The translations under genes were made by a program, and so were the position numbers. Of a stretch of DNA of 9,824 bases, positions 1 to 7,474 are shown piece by piece (within the stretch, counting starts at the first letter, position 1; every line of letters begins with the position of its first letter). Source of the DNA: a virus (lineage: Duplodnaviria; Heunggongvirae; Uroviricota; Caudoviricetes); IMG/VR virus record IMGVR_UViG_2619619133_000002, positions 1 through 9,824 of that record. The stretch is one strand, 5' to 3'. The notes below the pieces were generated by a model, which saw only the letters and a list, made by a program, of their open reading frames with translations, did no database searches and had not been told where the DNA came from.

Positions 1-9
1 GGGTGTAAT

Positions 10-447
10 ATGTTTTATAGTCCATCTTTAAACATTTTTGTGAATCCTGCACTTAAGGATGATTACATTAATGCAAATTCATGGCCAGATGATGCTCTGG
101 CTGTCAGTGATGATGTTTATAATGAATTTGCAATCAATACGCCTCCAGATGACAAAATTCGTGTTGCAGGAAAAAATGGATTACCCACATGGGCACTAAT
201 ACCTCCACCATCGCATGAAGAACTTATTCAACAGGCAGAATCAGAAAGGCAATTATTGCTTAATCAGGCCAACGAATACATGAACAGTAAGCAATGGCCC
301 GGTAAAGCCGCTATTGGTCGTCTGAAAGGTGATGAACTGGCGCAATATAATTTGTGGCTGGATTATCTGGACGCACTGGAGCTGATCGATACTTCCGGTG
401 CGCCAGATATTGAATGGCCTACGCCTCCGGCAGTTCAGGCCAGATGA
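10..447 (+). CDS. tfa: tail fibre assembly protein (lambda Tfa / Caudo_TAP-like), alternative copy inside the invertible segment
   Basis: ATG at 10 sits 1 nt after a frame-3 TAA (6-8) that closes an upstream ORF running off the window. The C-terminus ...[26 protein letters not shown] matches the conserved Tfa C-terminal motif (compare lambda Tfa ...VDTSTAPDIEWP, from memory). It converges on and overlaps the minus-strand tfa by 29 nt. Confidence 0.8.
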   Translation: MFYSPSLNIFVNPALKDDYINANSWPDDALAVSDDVYNEFAINTPPDDKIRVAGKNGLPTWALIPPPSHEELIQQAESERQLLLNQANEYMNSKQWPGKAAIGRLKGDELAQYNLWLDYLDALELIDTSGAPDIEWPTPPAVQAR

Positions 448-1024
448 CATCCGGCGCTGTGCTGGTATCTGTTGCCGTCACCGCGTCAATGTAATCCAGC
501 ACAGCGTTAAGGCGGGTTGTTTCTGCCTGCGTCAGCTTCCGTCCGGCCTGTAATTTCAGTTGAATCAGACTGATGGAGGCCATTGCAGTATCAATCAGCG
601 ACTGGCGCTGTGCTTCTGCTGCATCTACTGCTGCGCCGTGCTGTGCCTCGGTATCTGTCACCCATTTCTCACCATTCCATTCATCGTATGGCGTTAACGG
701 GGCGATAGTGGTTGTATTTTCAGGATAATCACCCGGAGCTGTGATTTCTTTCGATTCTCCTGTTTCGGTGCTATAGACGATTTCACCGCGATGATCTGGC
801 ACATATTCCCATGAATTTAAATCTACAGAGCGACAGATTGCATAACCAGCTTTATGTGTACCTGGTGCATCCAAACAAGAACATGCCGGGATACCGACGC
901 CGACAGCGAGATATTCAGTTGATGTAGAAATATATTCACGCGTTTCACCATCATAATTATAAATGATAATGTCTCCCGTTTTTATGGCAATGAGTTCACT
1001 ATTTAATACAGCTTTATTCATCAT
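419..1024 (-). CDS. tfa: tail fibre assembly protein (lambda Tfa / Caudo_TAP-like)
   Basis: 201 aa with Tfa-like blocks ([41 protein letters not shown]). The start codon overlaps the tail-fibre stop in an ATGA arrangement, suggesting translational coupling. Confidence 0.85.
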   Translation of the reverse strand: MMNKAVLNSELIAIKTGDIIIYNYDGETREYISTSTEYLAVGVGIPACSCLDAPGTHKAGYAICRSVDLNSWEYVPDHRGEIVYSTETGESKEITAPGDYPENTTTIAPLTPYDEWNGEKWVTDTEAQHGAAVDAAEAQRQSLIDTAMASISLIQLKLQAGRKLTQAETTRLNAVLDYIDAVTATDTSTAPDVIWPELPEA

Positions 1025-1806
1025 GCGGCCCTCACAATATAATTAAAGGCGATGTTACGTGGACGATTTTCATTTGCTGTTGGAACAACATTTGCCGCCG
1101 AGAAGTGAACATCTTGTCGGATTTTTCGGTCATTAGCGTATGTCATAGATACGTTGATGTTATTCCGGACTGAGGTACCTCCGTAAAAAGCACCACTCAC
1201 ACTTTGAACATCAACAATTGCATTTATTTCGCTGTTTACGCGCAACTGACCAAAACCGCCAGTAATGTTTCGAATAGCATCTCCTTGCGCTGAAAGCAGA
1301 GTTCGCCCACTATCCACACCACGTTCATCATCCCAGCCACGAATAAACTCACCGCGTAAATCTGGCAATTTATTTGTCGGATAAACTTTTGCCAGTTCCG
1401 GATACTCTTCGGCAGAAAAAGGCGCACCATTGCATTTCAGCCAGCCTGTTGGCGGAGTGGCTGAAGGCCACGGAACAGGCACACCAACGGGTAATGCCGA
1501 ACCTTCTCCCAAACCAAGGTTTTCGAGAGCCGTTTTCACGGTGCCATCCGATTTGATATCGCCAAACGGATTCTTGCGGCTTAACAGCAGCGCACGAAGC
1601 GCGGTAAGCAGCTGGTCGTGTTGCGCCTTCTCCAGACTAGCACCGGATGCCTCCACCACGCTGCAAAGCTCCTCCTGCAACATGTCAAAGTAGTCATCAT
1701 CCAGATCGGTAGCAGGCGTGCCAGTCTGGGGGTTACCACGGGTAAAACCGTTTTTACCCGCGCCGAACTTATCCTTCTGCGCGGTTTTCGTGTCTATACG
1801 ATGCAT
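1021..1806 (-). CDS. stf: short side tail fibre protein with a tail-collar-like C-terminal domain; N-terminal constant part joined to the C-terminal variable part at an invertase crossover site
   Basis: ATG at 1806 is preceded by GGAG and an in-frame TAA. The C-terminal region ([23 protein letters not shown]...[22 protein letters not shown]) looks like the phage tail collar / tail fibre tip family. Codons 93-101 (ALENLGLGE) are encoded by the putative crossover site. Confidence 0.75.
   Translation of the reverse strand: MHRIDTKTAQKDKFGAGKNGFTRGNPQTGTPATDLDDDYFDMLQEELCSVVEASGASLEKAQHDQLLTALRALLLSRKNPFGDIKSDGTVKTALENLGLGEGSALPVGVPVPWPSATPPTGWLKCNGAPFSAEEYPELAKVYPTNKLPDLRGEFIRGWDDERGVDSGRTLLSAQGDAIRNITGGFGQLRVNSEINAIVDVQSVSGAFYGGTSVRNNINVSMTYANDRKIRQDVHFSAANVVPTANENRPRNIAFNYIVRAA
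1504..1529. other. putative serine-invertase (Pin/Gin/Cin/Hin-type) crossover site embedded in the tail fibre gene
   Basis: 26-bp imperfect palindrome TTCTCCCAAACC-AA-GGTTTTCGAGAG; 9 of 12 half-site positions are symmetric. The AAACC-AA-GGTTT core resembles hix/gix/cix sites as recalled (e.g. hixL TTCTTGAAAACCAAGGTTTTTGATAA). Confidence 0.55.
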
Positions 1807-2617
1807 GGATTACTCCGGATACCGAACCGTTGAGCATCTCGATAACTTCCCGCCGCTTGTCGTAGCACGGCCCCTCAATGTTGTACCCGGCGGTGGTGAT
1901 GGCCCACATCAGTGGCTGACGTCGCGCGCCCATCCCGGTAAGCATCGTGGTATAAAGCGCATCGGTGGCGTGCTCGTGATATTCATCCACCACGGCACAG
2001 TGGGGTGATGAACCATCACCGGGGTTACCGATCAGCGGTTCAAACCGCGCGCCATCCTCCGGACGGTTCATGTTTGAGGCGTTAACCTCAATCCCGAACG
2101 CTTCCGTCAGCATGGGTGTGCGTTTACACATCAGTCGCGCCGGGCGAAAGACTTCCCACGCCTGTTTCTCTGTCGTGGCACCGGAATACACTTCCGCGCC
2201 AAACTCGTTATCACAGGCAAAACAATACAGGGCAACACCGGCAGAGATTGCCGATTTGCCGTTCTTACGGGGGATTTCGGTATACCCCTCCCTGAAGCGG
2301 CGCAGCCGGGAGCCTTTATTGACCCAGCCAAACGCACAGCAGATCACAAAGAGCTGCCACGGTTCCAGCGTGATGGGCATCCTCTTGAATGCCCACTCCC
2401 CCTTGGTGTGTGGCAACAGCTGAATAAATTTCGCGGCCCGTTCAGCCAGGTCCTTGTCGAAGCGGTAACGAAACGACTTACTTTTTTCCGCCATCAGGTC
2501 ATCAAGATGGCGCTGGCAGGCCTGAATCACAAACTGGCAGGCCACAATCTTTCCGCGCACGACATCACGGGCATACTGATTGGCAGCATTTACGTTGGGG
2601 TAAGATTTCCGGCTCAT
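1769..2617 (-). pseudogene. terL: terminase large subunit (HK97/Terminase_1-like), truncated: ATPase domain only
   Basis: Walker A-like PRKNGKS and Walker B-like AVVDEYHE are present. Only 282 aa are encoded, against roughly 550 aa or more expected; there is no nuclease domain. The frame ends 37 nt inside the next gene. ATG overlaps the terS stop (ATGA). Confidence 0.75.
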
Positions 2618-3108
2618 GATTCGATGATTTTCAGAAACGGGTTAGTGGCTTTCTTCTGCCCCGCCAGGCCAATCAGACGCTGGCGGCTGCTGGGGTCGAG
2701 TCCGAGCATTGCCCCCGTGCTGCTCATCTCGGACTCCTGTTCTTTCTTGGCGGTCAGCTCCGGATTTTTGACCATGCCACCCATTGCACCGGTGATGGTG
2801 TTGCCCTGTCTGGCAATATTTTTCACGGCACGCCGCCAGAACTCGTAGGCCACGCACCACCGCTCAAGCACCGCGAGGTCAGTCACGCACAGCAGGCCCT
2901 GACCGCAGAGTTCTTTGGTTGTCAGTTGCCACATGATCGTGGCGAGAGGGAGATCTTCTTCAGCGAACCACTCCGGTGGCTCAACACCTTTGATGGGCGT
3001 AAAAACAGGTTCATCTTTATTCAGGGCTCGCTTGCCGGGGTTTCCGGCCAGCGCCTTGCGCGCCGTTGGCTTGGGGCGACGCCCGGACCCCCCCGCCGTT
3101 CCAGCCAT
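2614..3108 (-). CDS. terS: terminase small subunit, P27 family
   Basis: N-terminal [26 protein letters not shown] is typical of P27-family TerS. ATG at 3108 has GGAG about 11 nt upstream; the ORF track starts at an in-frame GTG at 3117. It overlaps the terL start. Confidence 0.8.
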   Translation of the reverse strand: MAGTAGGSGRRPKPTARKALAGNPGKRALNKDEPVFTPIKGVEPPEWFAEEDLPLATIMWQLTTKELCGQGLLCVTDLAVLERWCVAYEFWRRAVKNIARQGNTITGAMGGMVKNPELTAKKEQESEMSSTGAMLGLDPSSRQRLIGLAGQKKATNPFLKIIES

Positions 3109-3143
3109 ATGCGGCACTCCTGGTTAAATTTCATTTTTCGCGG

Positions 3144-3210
3144 GTATAAAAAAACGAGGGGGCGGGCAGTCCGGAAGACGTCAGGTCACAGGGATGTGCC
3201 CCGCCCCTCC
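3144..3210 (-). terminator. GC-rich imperfect palindrome followed by a T7 run on the minus strand: putative intrinsic terminator and/or cos-region element between HNH and terS
   Basis: Arms CGAGGGGGCGGGCA (3155-3168) and TGCCCCGCCCCTCC (3197-3210) pair with two bulges. The loop contains the GACGTC palindrome. The minus strand reads stem then TTTTTTTA. Confidence 0.45.
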
Positions 3211-3233
3211 CCTCAGACAGTTGAGAGTTATTA

Positions 3234-3584
3234 TCACTTTAACCGTTCACGGACCGTCTTCGCCTTATGACACGGCCAACACAGACTCTGCAGATTACAG
3301 TCGGCATCAGTGCCGCCATGCGCTTTAGGGATGATGTGGTCAACGGTTTTCGCCTCACGCACCACACCGGCACGCAGACATAACTGACATAAACCTTTGT
3401 CACGCTTCAGCACACGCGCGCGGATAGCGTCCCACTTCGAACCATAACCGCGCTGATGACGGGACTGACCTGGCTTGTATTGCTTCCAGCCTTCGCTTTT
3501 GTGGCTTTCGCAGTAGCCTGACGGGTCTGTGGTTGTAGAGCGGCAGCCGCGAACACGGCAGGCTTTTGGGGTTCGTGGTGGCAT
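3234..3584 (-). CDS. phage HNH endonuclease (terminase-associated)
   Basis: 116 aa with CxxC...H...N...H...CxxCH signature (CRVRGC, CESH, DHIIPKAHGG, CWPCH). Position immediately upstream of terS is typical of HK97-like packaging modules. ATG has GGAG upstream. Confidence 0.85.
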   Translation of the reverse strand: MPPRTPKACRVRGCRSTTTDPSGYCESHKSEGWKQYKPGQSRHQRGYGSKWDAIRARVLKRDKGLCQLCLRAGVVREAKTVDHIIPKAHGGTDADCNLQSLCWPCHKAKTVRERLK

Positions 3585-3593
3585 TGGTAAGCT

Positions 3594-3628
3594 CCAATAA
3601 AAAAGCCACCATCGATTGCTAGTGGCTT
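3594..3628 (-). terminator. putative Rho-independent terminator downstream of the moron ORF
   Basis: 7-bp stem AAGCCAC / GTGGCTT (3603-3609 and 3622-3628) with a 12-nt loop, followed on the minus strand by TTTTTTATT. Confidence 0.45.
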
Positions 3629-3654
3629 AGCATCTACTAATGTGAAGAGTAGGT

Positions 3655-4413
3655 TTATTTTTTCTTCTTATTTAACTTATCTAAATTGACGGGATCTTTC
3701 CCTGTGGCAGCTAAACACCAAAAAGAATAACTCTTTTGCATGACATAGGTTCTAATTCTCTCTAATGTTTCATTATATTTTTTCTCAACAACCTGTATCG
3801 CATGTTCAAATAAATTAATCATATCAACATGCTCGTCCTCGACACCAATCATGCTCAGTTGTTTTCTATCTGTCACTGCTTGATAAAATGTTTTCCCATT
3901 TTTCCTTATTAGTAACAATGAAGTTTCTGCTGACTCATAGTCTTGGTTGCCGCTATGTGCTGCAAAATTATGCCTGTAGTTAATAATACAGTCATGCAAC
4001 CCAAAATATTCAGAATCAAGCCAATCACGCTCCATCTTTAACTTTCTCCCTTTAGCTTCAGAGAAAGCTTTACCATAAAACGTTAGGCTTGCCACAAATA
4101 ACGCTCTAATTTCACTTGATAAATCTAGATCAAGTATATTCCCGTATAACTTGCCATCTGTCCTTAATTCGTTTCTCCCTGCCAGTTCATTAGCTATTTG
4201 GTACCACTCTTTAGCACTTTTTAAGTCCCTATGAATTAGTGACAGTGAAGATGCTCTATCGGCAATACGCCCACTCAATTTTATGCGATCTACAATTTCA
4301 TTATTGAATGTATAAACCGCTTTAAATTCCCCCGTTTCGGAATCAATATAATATTCAACATCTAACCCTTCATATGATTCACACCCGGGACCTTCTAATT
4401 TTTTTCTTTTCAT
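3655..4413 (-). CDS. hypothetical protein in an AT-rich moron; contains an Rx5H motif (possible HEPN-like RNase)
   Basis: Long ORF in a sharply AT-rich island between Rz and HNH. ATG at 4413 is used here; the ORF track starts at an in-frame TTG at 4437. Motif NYRHNFAAH lies at 3955-3975. No family recognised by eye. Confidence 0.55.
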   Translation of the reverse strand: MKRKKLEGPGCESYEGLDVEYYIDSETGEFKAVYTFNNEIVDRIKLSGRIADRASSLSLIHRDLKSAKEWYQIANELAGRNELRTDGKLYGNILDLDLSSEIRALFVASLTFYGKAFSEAKGRKLKMERDWLDSEYFGLHDCIINYRHNFAAHSGNQDYESAETSLLLIRKNGKTFYQAVTDRKQLSMIGVEDEHVDMINLFEHAIQVVEKKYNETLERIRTYVMQKSYSFWCLAATGKDPVNLDKLNKKKK

Positions 4414-4494
4414 ATAGAATATCCATATACGTTTCAATTCTCAGTCAGCATAGTAGAAAAAAAAGATGTCCAGATCCATACATCGAAAGCAATT

Positions 4495-4959
4495 TTAGTT
4501 TTCACACTGACTAGAGATATAGTCCTGCAATGCTCTTATCTGTTTATAACTGATTTCAATTCTCTCTCTGAGGGTGAAATAATCCCGTTGAGCGGTGTCA
4601 GTAAGTCGGGGGGCGGTAGCATCATCCAGGCTGGTGGTAATGGTCGTTGATTGCACTCTCGGGCAACTAGCGGCGAGGAACAGCCGCTTAGTGCCAACAG
4701 CAACATCACGCTGAAGCTGTTCAATAGTTGCTTTAGCATTTGCAAGTTCTCCGGTGTATTTCGCATCGAGCGCAGAAACATCACGCTGGCGCTGCTGCAT
4801 CTCAGTAATGGTGGCGTTCGCCTGGCTGAGTTTTTCCTTCGCTTTATCGCGCTGTTCTTTGTAGGCGATGGCGTTATCACGATAATGATTAACAGCCCAT
4901 GATAGGCAGACGATGGTGCAGATAACCAGAGAGGACAGAATCGCAGTTACTCTACTCAT
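4495..4959 (-). CDS. Rz: i-spanin Rz
   Basis: [31 protein letters not shown]... is near-identical in pattern to lambda Rz as recalled. ATG at 4959 overlaps the end of R by 8 nt (ATGAGTAG). The ORF track's longer form begins at a TTG inside R. Confidence 0.85.
   Translation of the reverse strand: MSRVTAILSSLVICTIVCLSWAVNHYRDNAIAYKEQRDKAKEKLSQANATITEMQQRQRDVSALDAKYTGELANAKATIEQLQRDVAVGTKRLFLAASCPRVQSTTITTSLDDATAPRLTDTAQRDYFTLRERIEISYKQIRALQDYISSQCEN
4536..4739 (-). CDS. Rz1: o-spanin Rz1 lipoprotein, embedded in the +1 frame of Rz
   Basis: [20 protein letters not shown] has a signal peptide and lipobox (LSGC). The proline-rich mature part [27 protein letters not shown] resembles lambda Rz1. 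Confidence 0.75.
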   Translation of the reverse strand: MLKQLLNSFSVMLLLALSGCSSPLVARECNQRPLPPAWMMLPPPDLLTPLNGIISPSERELKSVINR

Positions 4960-5434
4960 ATAGCTGAATTTCTCTGACCGTTCCGCCCGATTCTTTGAAT
5001 TTTTCAATCAGGCTGTCAACCTTATGTTCGAACTGACCATAACCAGCGCCCGGCAATGACGCCCAGATATTGCTGCAACGATCAATAGCCTGACGGATAT
5101 CGCCGCGATCAATCATCGGTAAAGCACCACGCTCTTTAATCTGCTGCAATGCCACAGCATCCTGGCTTTTTGGAGAGAAGTCTTTCAGCCCAAGCTGCTT
5201 ACGGTAAGCATCCCACCAGCGTGAAAGAAGCTGATAACGTCCTGCGGCTGTTGATTTAAGTTTCGGGTTTAGCGTGACAAGTTTGCGAGGGTGATCGGAG
5301 TAATCAGTGAACAGTTCACCTCCGACAATAACGTCATAACCGTGGTTACGTGTCGGTTGTCGCCCGTTATCCGTTCCTTCTGACCATGCCACCATATCGA
5401 GGAAAGCTTTACGCTGGGAATTTAGTACCTGCAT
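4952..5434 (-). CDS. R: endolysin, lambda R-type lytic transglycosylase
   Basis: [47 protein letters not shown]... matches lambda R as recalled along its whole length (160 aa). Confidence 0.9.
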   Translation of the reverse strand: MQVLNSQRKAFLDMVAWSEGTDNGRQPTRNHGYDVIVGGELFTDYSDHPRKLVTLNPKLKSTAAGRYQLLSRWWDAYRKQLGLKDFSPKSQDAVALQQIKERGALPMIDRGDIRQAIDRCSNIWASLPGAGYGQFEHKVDSLIEKFKESGGTVREIQLYE

Positions 5435-5437
5435 AAA

Positions 5438-5764
5438 TTACTCCTTAGAGCCACCAAACTTATTACCGATTACTCTCATTGCAGCCCCACGAATAGCATC
5501 GACCCCGATCAGCCCAACGCCGCCACCAATGGCAACAGAAAGAGATTTAGGCCATCCGACATACTCAAGAGCGGATGCAAAAGTCAGCGTCAGAGCACCA
5601 CAGAGCAAAATCTCGAGCGTTTTTCGTTTCCAGCCACCACCACCGCCAAAATAGGCAATGCGCAAGCCAGCCATAACGATCGACATAATCACTGCGCCCA
5701 GCGGTGTGTCTCCACGCCACCAGCTCTGGACCAACTCCAGCCAGGTATTTGGGTTATGAGGCAT
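5438..5764 (-). CDS. S: holin, lambda S-like class I (three predicted TM segments)
   Basis: 108 aa with three hydrophobic segments and a G-rich loop (AYFGGGGGWKRKTL), comparable to the lambda/P22 S holin layout. Stop lies 3 nt from the R start. Confidence 0.8.
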   Translation of the reverse strand: MPHNPNTWLELVQSWWRGDTPLGAVIMSIVMAGLRIAYFGGGGGWKRKTLEILLCGALTLTFASALEYVGWPKSLSVAIGGGVGLIGVDAIRGAAMRVIGNKFGGSKE

Positions 5765-5902
5765 TTGTAGTTATCTCTCACCTCGCTGATACAGCAGGTG
5801 CAAATTGAGGGAACATCATGTACCGCAAATCAGAAGCGGAAACATCAAAGAAGCCGAACCGATGGAGAACTGCGGAATAGGCCAGGACCAACGAATCCCC
5901 AG

Positions 5903-5938
5903 CCACAGAAACGACAAAACCCGCTCGACGGCGGGTTT
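5903..5938 (-). terminator. putative Rho-independent terminator upstream of S (candidate tR'-like late terminator)
   Basis: Perfect 8-bp stem AAACCCGC / GCGGGTTT (5917-5924 and 5931-5938) with a 6-nt loop; the minus strand continues TTTTGTCGTTTCTG. Confidence 0.45.
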
Positions 5939-6015
5939 AAGCTGTGTGGCGAAGTAACCACTCTTAACAGATTACAATGTTTTTTGCGGACCGCGCTAAT
6001 GATTTCCTCTTTTTT

Positions 6016-6045
6016 TTGTTGTATTTTTCACACGGTTGCTAAAAT
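6016..6045 (+). promoter_or_regulatory. possible sigma70-like promoter for the cargo operon
   Basis: TTGTTG (6016-6021), 18-bp spacer, TAAAAT (6040-6045), about 15 nt before the ATG at 6061. Weak; by-eye only. Confidence 0.25.
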
Positions 6046-6060
6046 TATTTCGGATCGATA

Positions 6061-7002
6061 ATGAGTACAGAAAATAAGAATAAAACCAGGCGAGTGAGAG
6101 TTGGTTTTTTCACTGGTAATGGAAGCAAAAAAGATGGCACATCTGCTGCAAAACTAGCCTTTGAGCAAATGACCACAGCAGATACTGTAACTTTTCCAAT
6201 AACTTACACAACAGACACCCCAAATCGAGGGTTAAAGTTAGTTATTCTTCAAAAAGATACCACACTGCAATGTTACTTTGGTTACGTATCGTGGAGAAGG
6301 GAATGCCTACTACCGTTCATCGAGGATGCTACAGGTAGTGAGAGAACAATTCCTTTAAATGATAAAGATTCTGTAGTTGAAAGAACATATTTTATCTATT
6401 ACTACGAAACGGACTTATTAGCTATGACCCTCAACCATATAGGGCCCAAAGTAAATGATCTGGCATTCATTTTGTATAACAAAACTGATTTAAAAAGCGT
6501 CACTTTTGAAGCCATTTGGAAACAAGAGAGCATGAAGGAACTGCTTGAGGACGGAAATATCCTACGTAGTTTCGATCTTATAGTTGCTGCTCCAAGAAAC
6601 TTTAACAAAGCTAATTATAAGATTAAAAACCCTTTAGCTAATGAAATTATTGACATGGTTGTTGGTATGGGCGGGTCGCATCTAAGATTAAATATGCGAG
6701 GTCGGATTCGCCCGAAAAAACAAGGGTTTAACTATCTAAAAACTTCTGTCACCGATGCTATTAAGGAACTACTTGAACTTTTTCCAAAAGGTTCTGGAGG
6801 TCTAAAAATTAAAAAAATTGATGTAACAGAGCCATCCAATAGAACGCCCAAAAGTCTACTTGACCAAGTATTGGTCAGTACAAAGACAATCATTGTCAAA
6901 AGCGGTTATCCATCCGATTCTGATATCAGAACGGCGATGATATCTGCTAAAATTGATAACGCGAACTATCTTGCACAGTATGAGCTCGCTAGCAGAGACT
7001 AA
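6061..7002 (+). CDS. hypothetical protein, 313 aa, soluble; first gene of the AT-rich cargo operon
   Basis: Long ORF in an AT-rich island, on the opposite strand to all flanking phage genes. ATG is preceded by an in-frame TAA. No motif or family recognised by eye. Confidence 0.6.
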   Translation: MSTENKNKTRRVRVGFFTGNGSKKDGTSAAKLAFEQMTTADTVTFPITYTTDTPNRGLKLVILQKDTTLQCYFGYVSWRRECLLPFIEDATGSERTIPLNDKDSVVERTYFIYYYETDLLAMTLNHIGPKVNDLAFILYNKTDLKSVTFEAIWKQESMKELLEDGNILRSFDLIVAAPRNFNKANYKIKNPLANEIIDMVVGMGGSHLRLNMRGRIRPKKQGFNYLKTSVTDAIKELLELFPKGSGGLKIKKIDVTEPSNRTPKSLLDQVLVSTKTIIVKSGYPSDSDIRTAMISAKIDNANYLAQYELASRD

Positions 7003-7023
7003 TAACCAAGCATGGAGGACACA

Positions 7024-7473
7024 ATGAGAGAATTAGCCACTTTTCTCTGGAAATGCGTCCTCTGGATTCTGTTGACCTATGCAGCGACAAAACTGTTTAA
7101 ACCGATGAAGCATGCTGACGTACTCACAACAGCGGGGGTGCTCTCGACTATATCAGGCATCCTGTTTGGTTTTGTTCTGGCTGCAATATCTATATTTAGT
7201 AGTGCAAACAGCGATAAGGAAGGAGCAATTAATGCCCTTAAGCAAAACAACGTGTTACCAACTCTGGTAAATAGATTACTTTCAACAGGGTTAACTCTCA
7301 TCGTCGCATGTATATTTCCATTGATAGCGATGTTTCTACCTGATGATGTTATTGTTGCGGGCAAACCTATTGATTTCCTATTCATACTGTTAGGCTTATC
7401 CTCCCTTATAATTTCGCTATATACCTTCGGAAGGTGTTGGTTAGTGTTACGAAAAATCTTCCCCCACTTGTGA
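7024..7473 (+). CDS. small integral membrane protein, 3-4 predicted TM helices; second gene of the cargo operon
   Basis: ATG at 7024 has a perfect GGAGGA 6 nt upstream; the ORF track starts at ATG 7012. Four hydrophobic stretches (FLWKCVLWILLTYAA, GVLSTISGILFGFVLAAISIF, LLSTGLTLIVACIFPLIAMFL, IDFLFILLGLSSLIISLYTF). Starts 21 nt after the upstream gene. Confidence 0.6.
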   Translation: MRELATFLWKCVLWILLTYAATKLFKPMKHADVLTTAGVLSTISGILFGFVLAAISIFSSANSDKEGAINALKQNNVLPTLVNRLLSTGLTLIVACIFPLIAMFLPDDVIVAGKPIDFLFILLGLSSLIISLYTFGRCWLVLRKIFPHL

Positions 7474-7474
7474 C

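Noticed and set aside
1236-2423. Multiple + and - strand ORFs of 60-117 aa overlapping the tail fibre and terminase genes (e.g. 1236-1430, 1374-1556, 1430-1693, 1618-1833, 1718-2008, 2070-2423, 2131-2337)
   Set aside because: All are antisense or out-of-frame overlaps of longer ORFs with recognisable phage products, lack RBS context, and have low-complexity translations.
2408-3612. Overlapping ORFs 2408-2848 (+), 2642-2860 (-), 2915-3127 (+), 2926-3270 (+), 3400-3612 (-)
   Set aside because: They overlap terS, terL and the HNH gene on the opposite strand or in alternate frames. The recognisable terminase and HNH frames explain the region.
3655-4437. HRDLK motif (LIHRDLKSAKEW) in the moron protein, resembling the catalytic loop of Ser/Thr protein kinases
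   Set aside because: Only about 65 residues precede it, too few for a kinase N-lobe with Gly-loop and VAIK lysine. There is no N after K-x-x and no DFG motif downstream. Treated as coincidental.
4651-4902. 83-aa + strand ORF antisense to Rz/Rz1
   Set aside because: Antisense to a well-supported spanin gene pair; no independent support.
5880-5905. tRNA T-loop-like sequence (CAACGAATCCCC) in the S-to-cargo intergenic region, where Stx-type phages carry tRNA genes
   Set aside because: The GTTCGAATC consensus is not matched and no acceptor-stem or anticodon-arm cloverleaf could be drawn by eye. Not called as a tRNA.
5798-6061. 87-aa + strand ORF whose stop overlaps the ATG of the cargo gene (TAATG)
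   Set aside because: GTG start without an RBS, highly biased basic/Pro/Gln composition, and it spans the terminator hairpin. Most likely a chance open frame in a regulatory region. A 20-codon ORF at 5818 with a GAGG upstream was also noted but is too short to support.
6061-7002. Possible Walker A-like glycine-rich stretch (GFFTGNGSKKDGTS) near the N-terminus of the 313-aa cargo protein
   Set aside because: It does not fit GxxxxGK[ST] spacing and no Walker B was seen. No basis to call it an NTPase.
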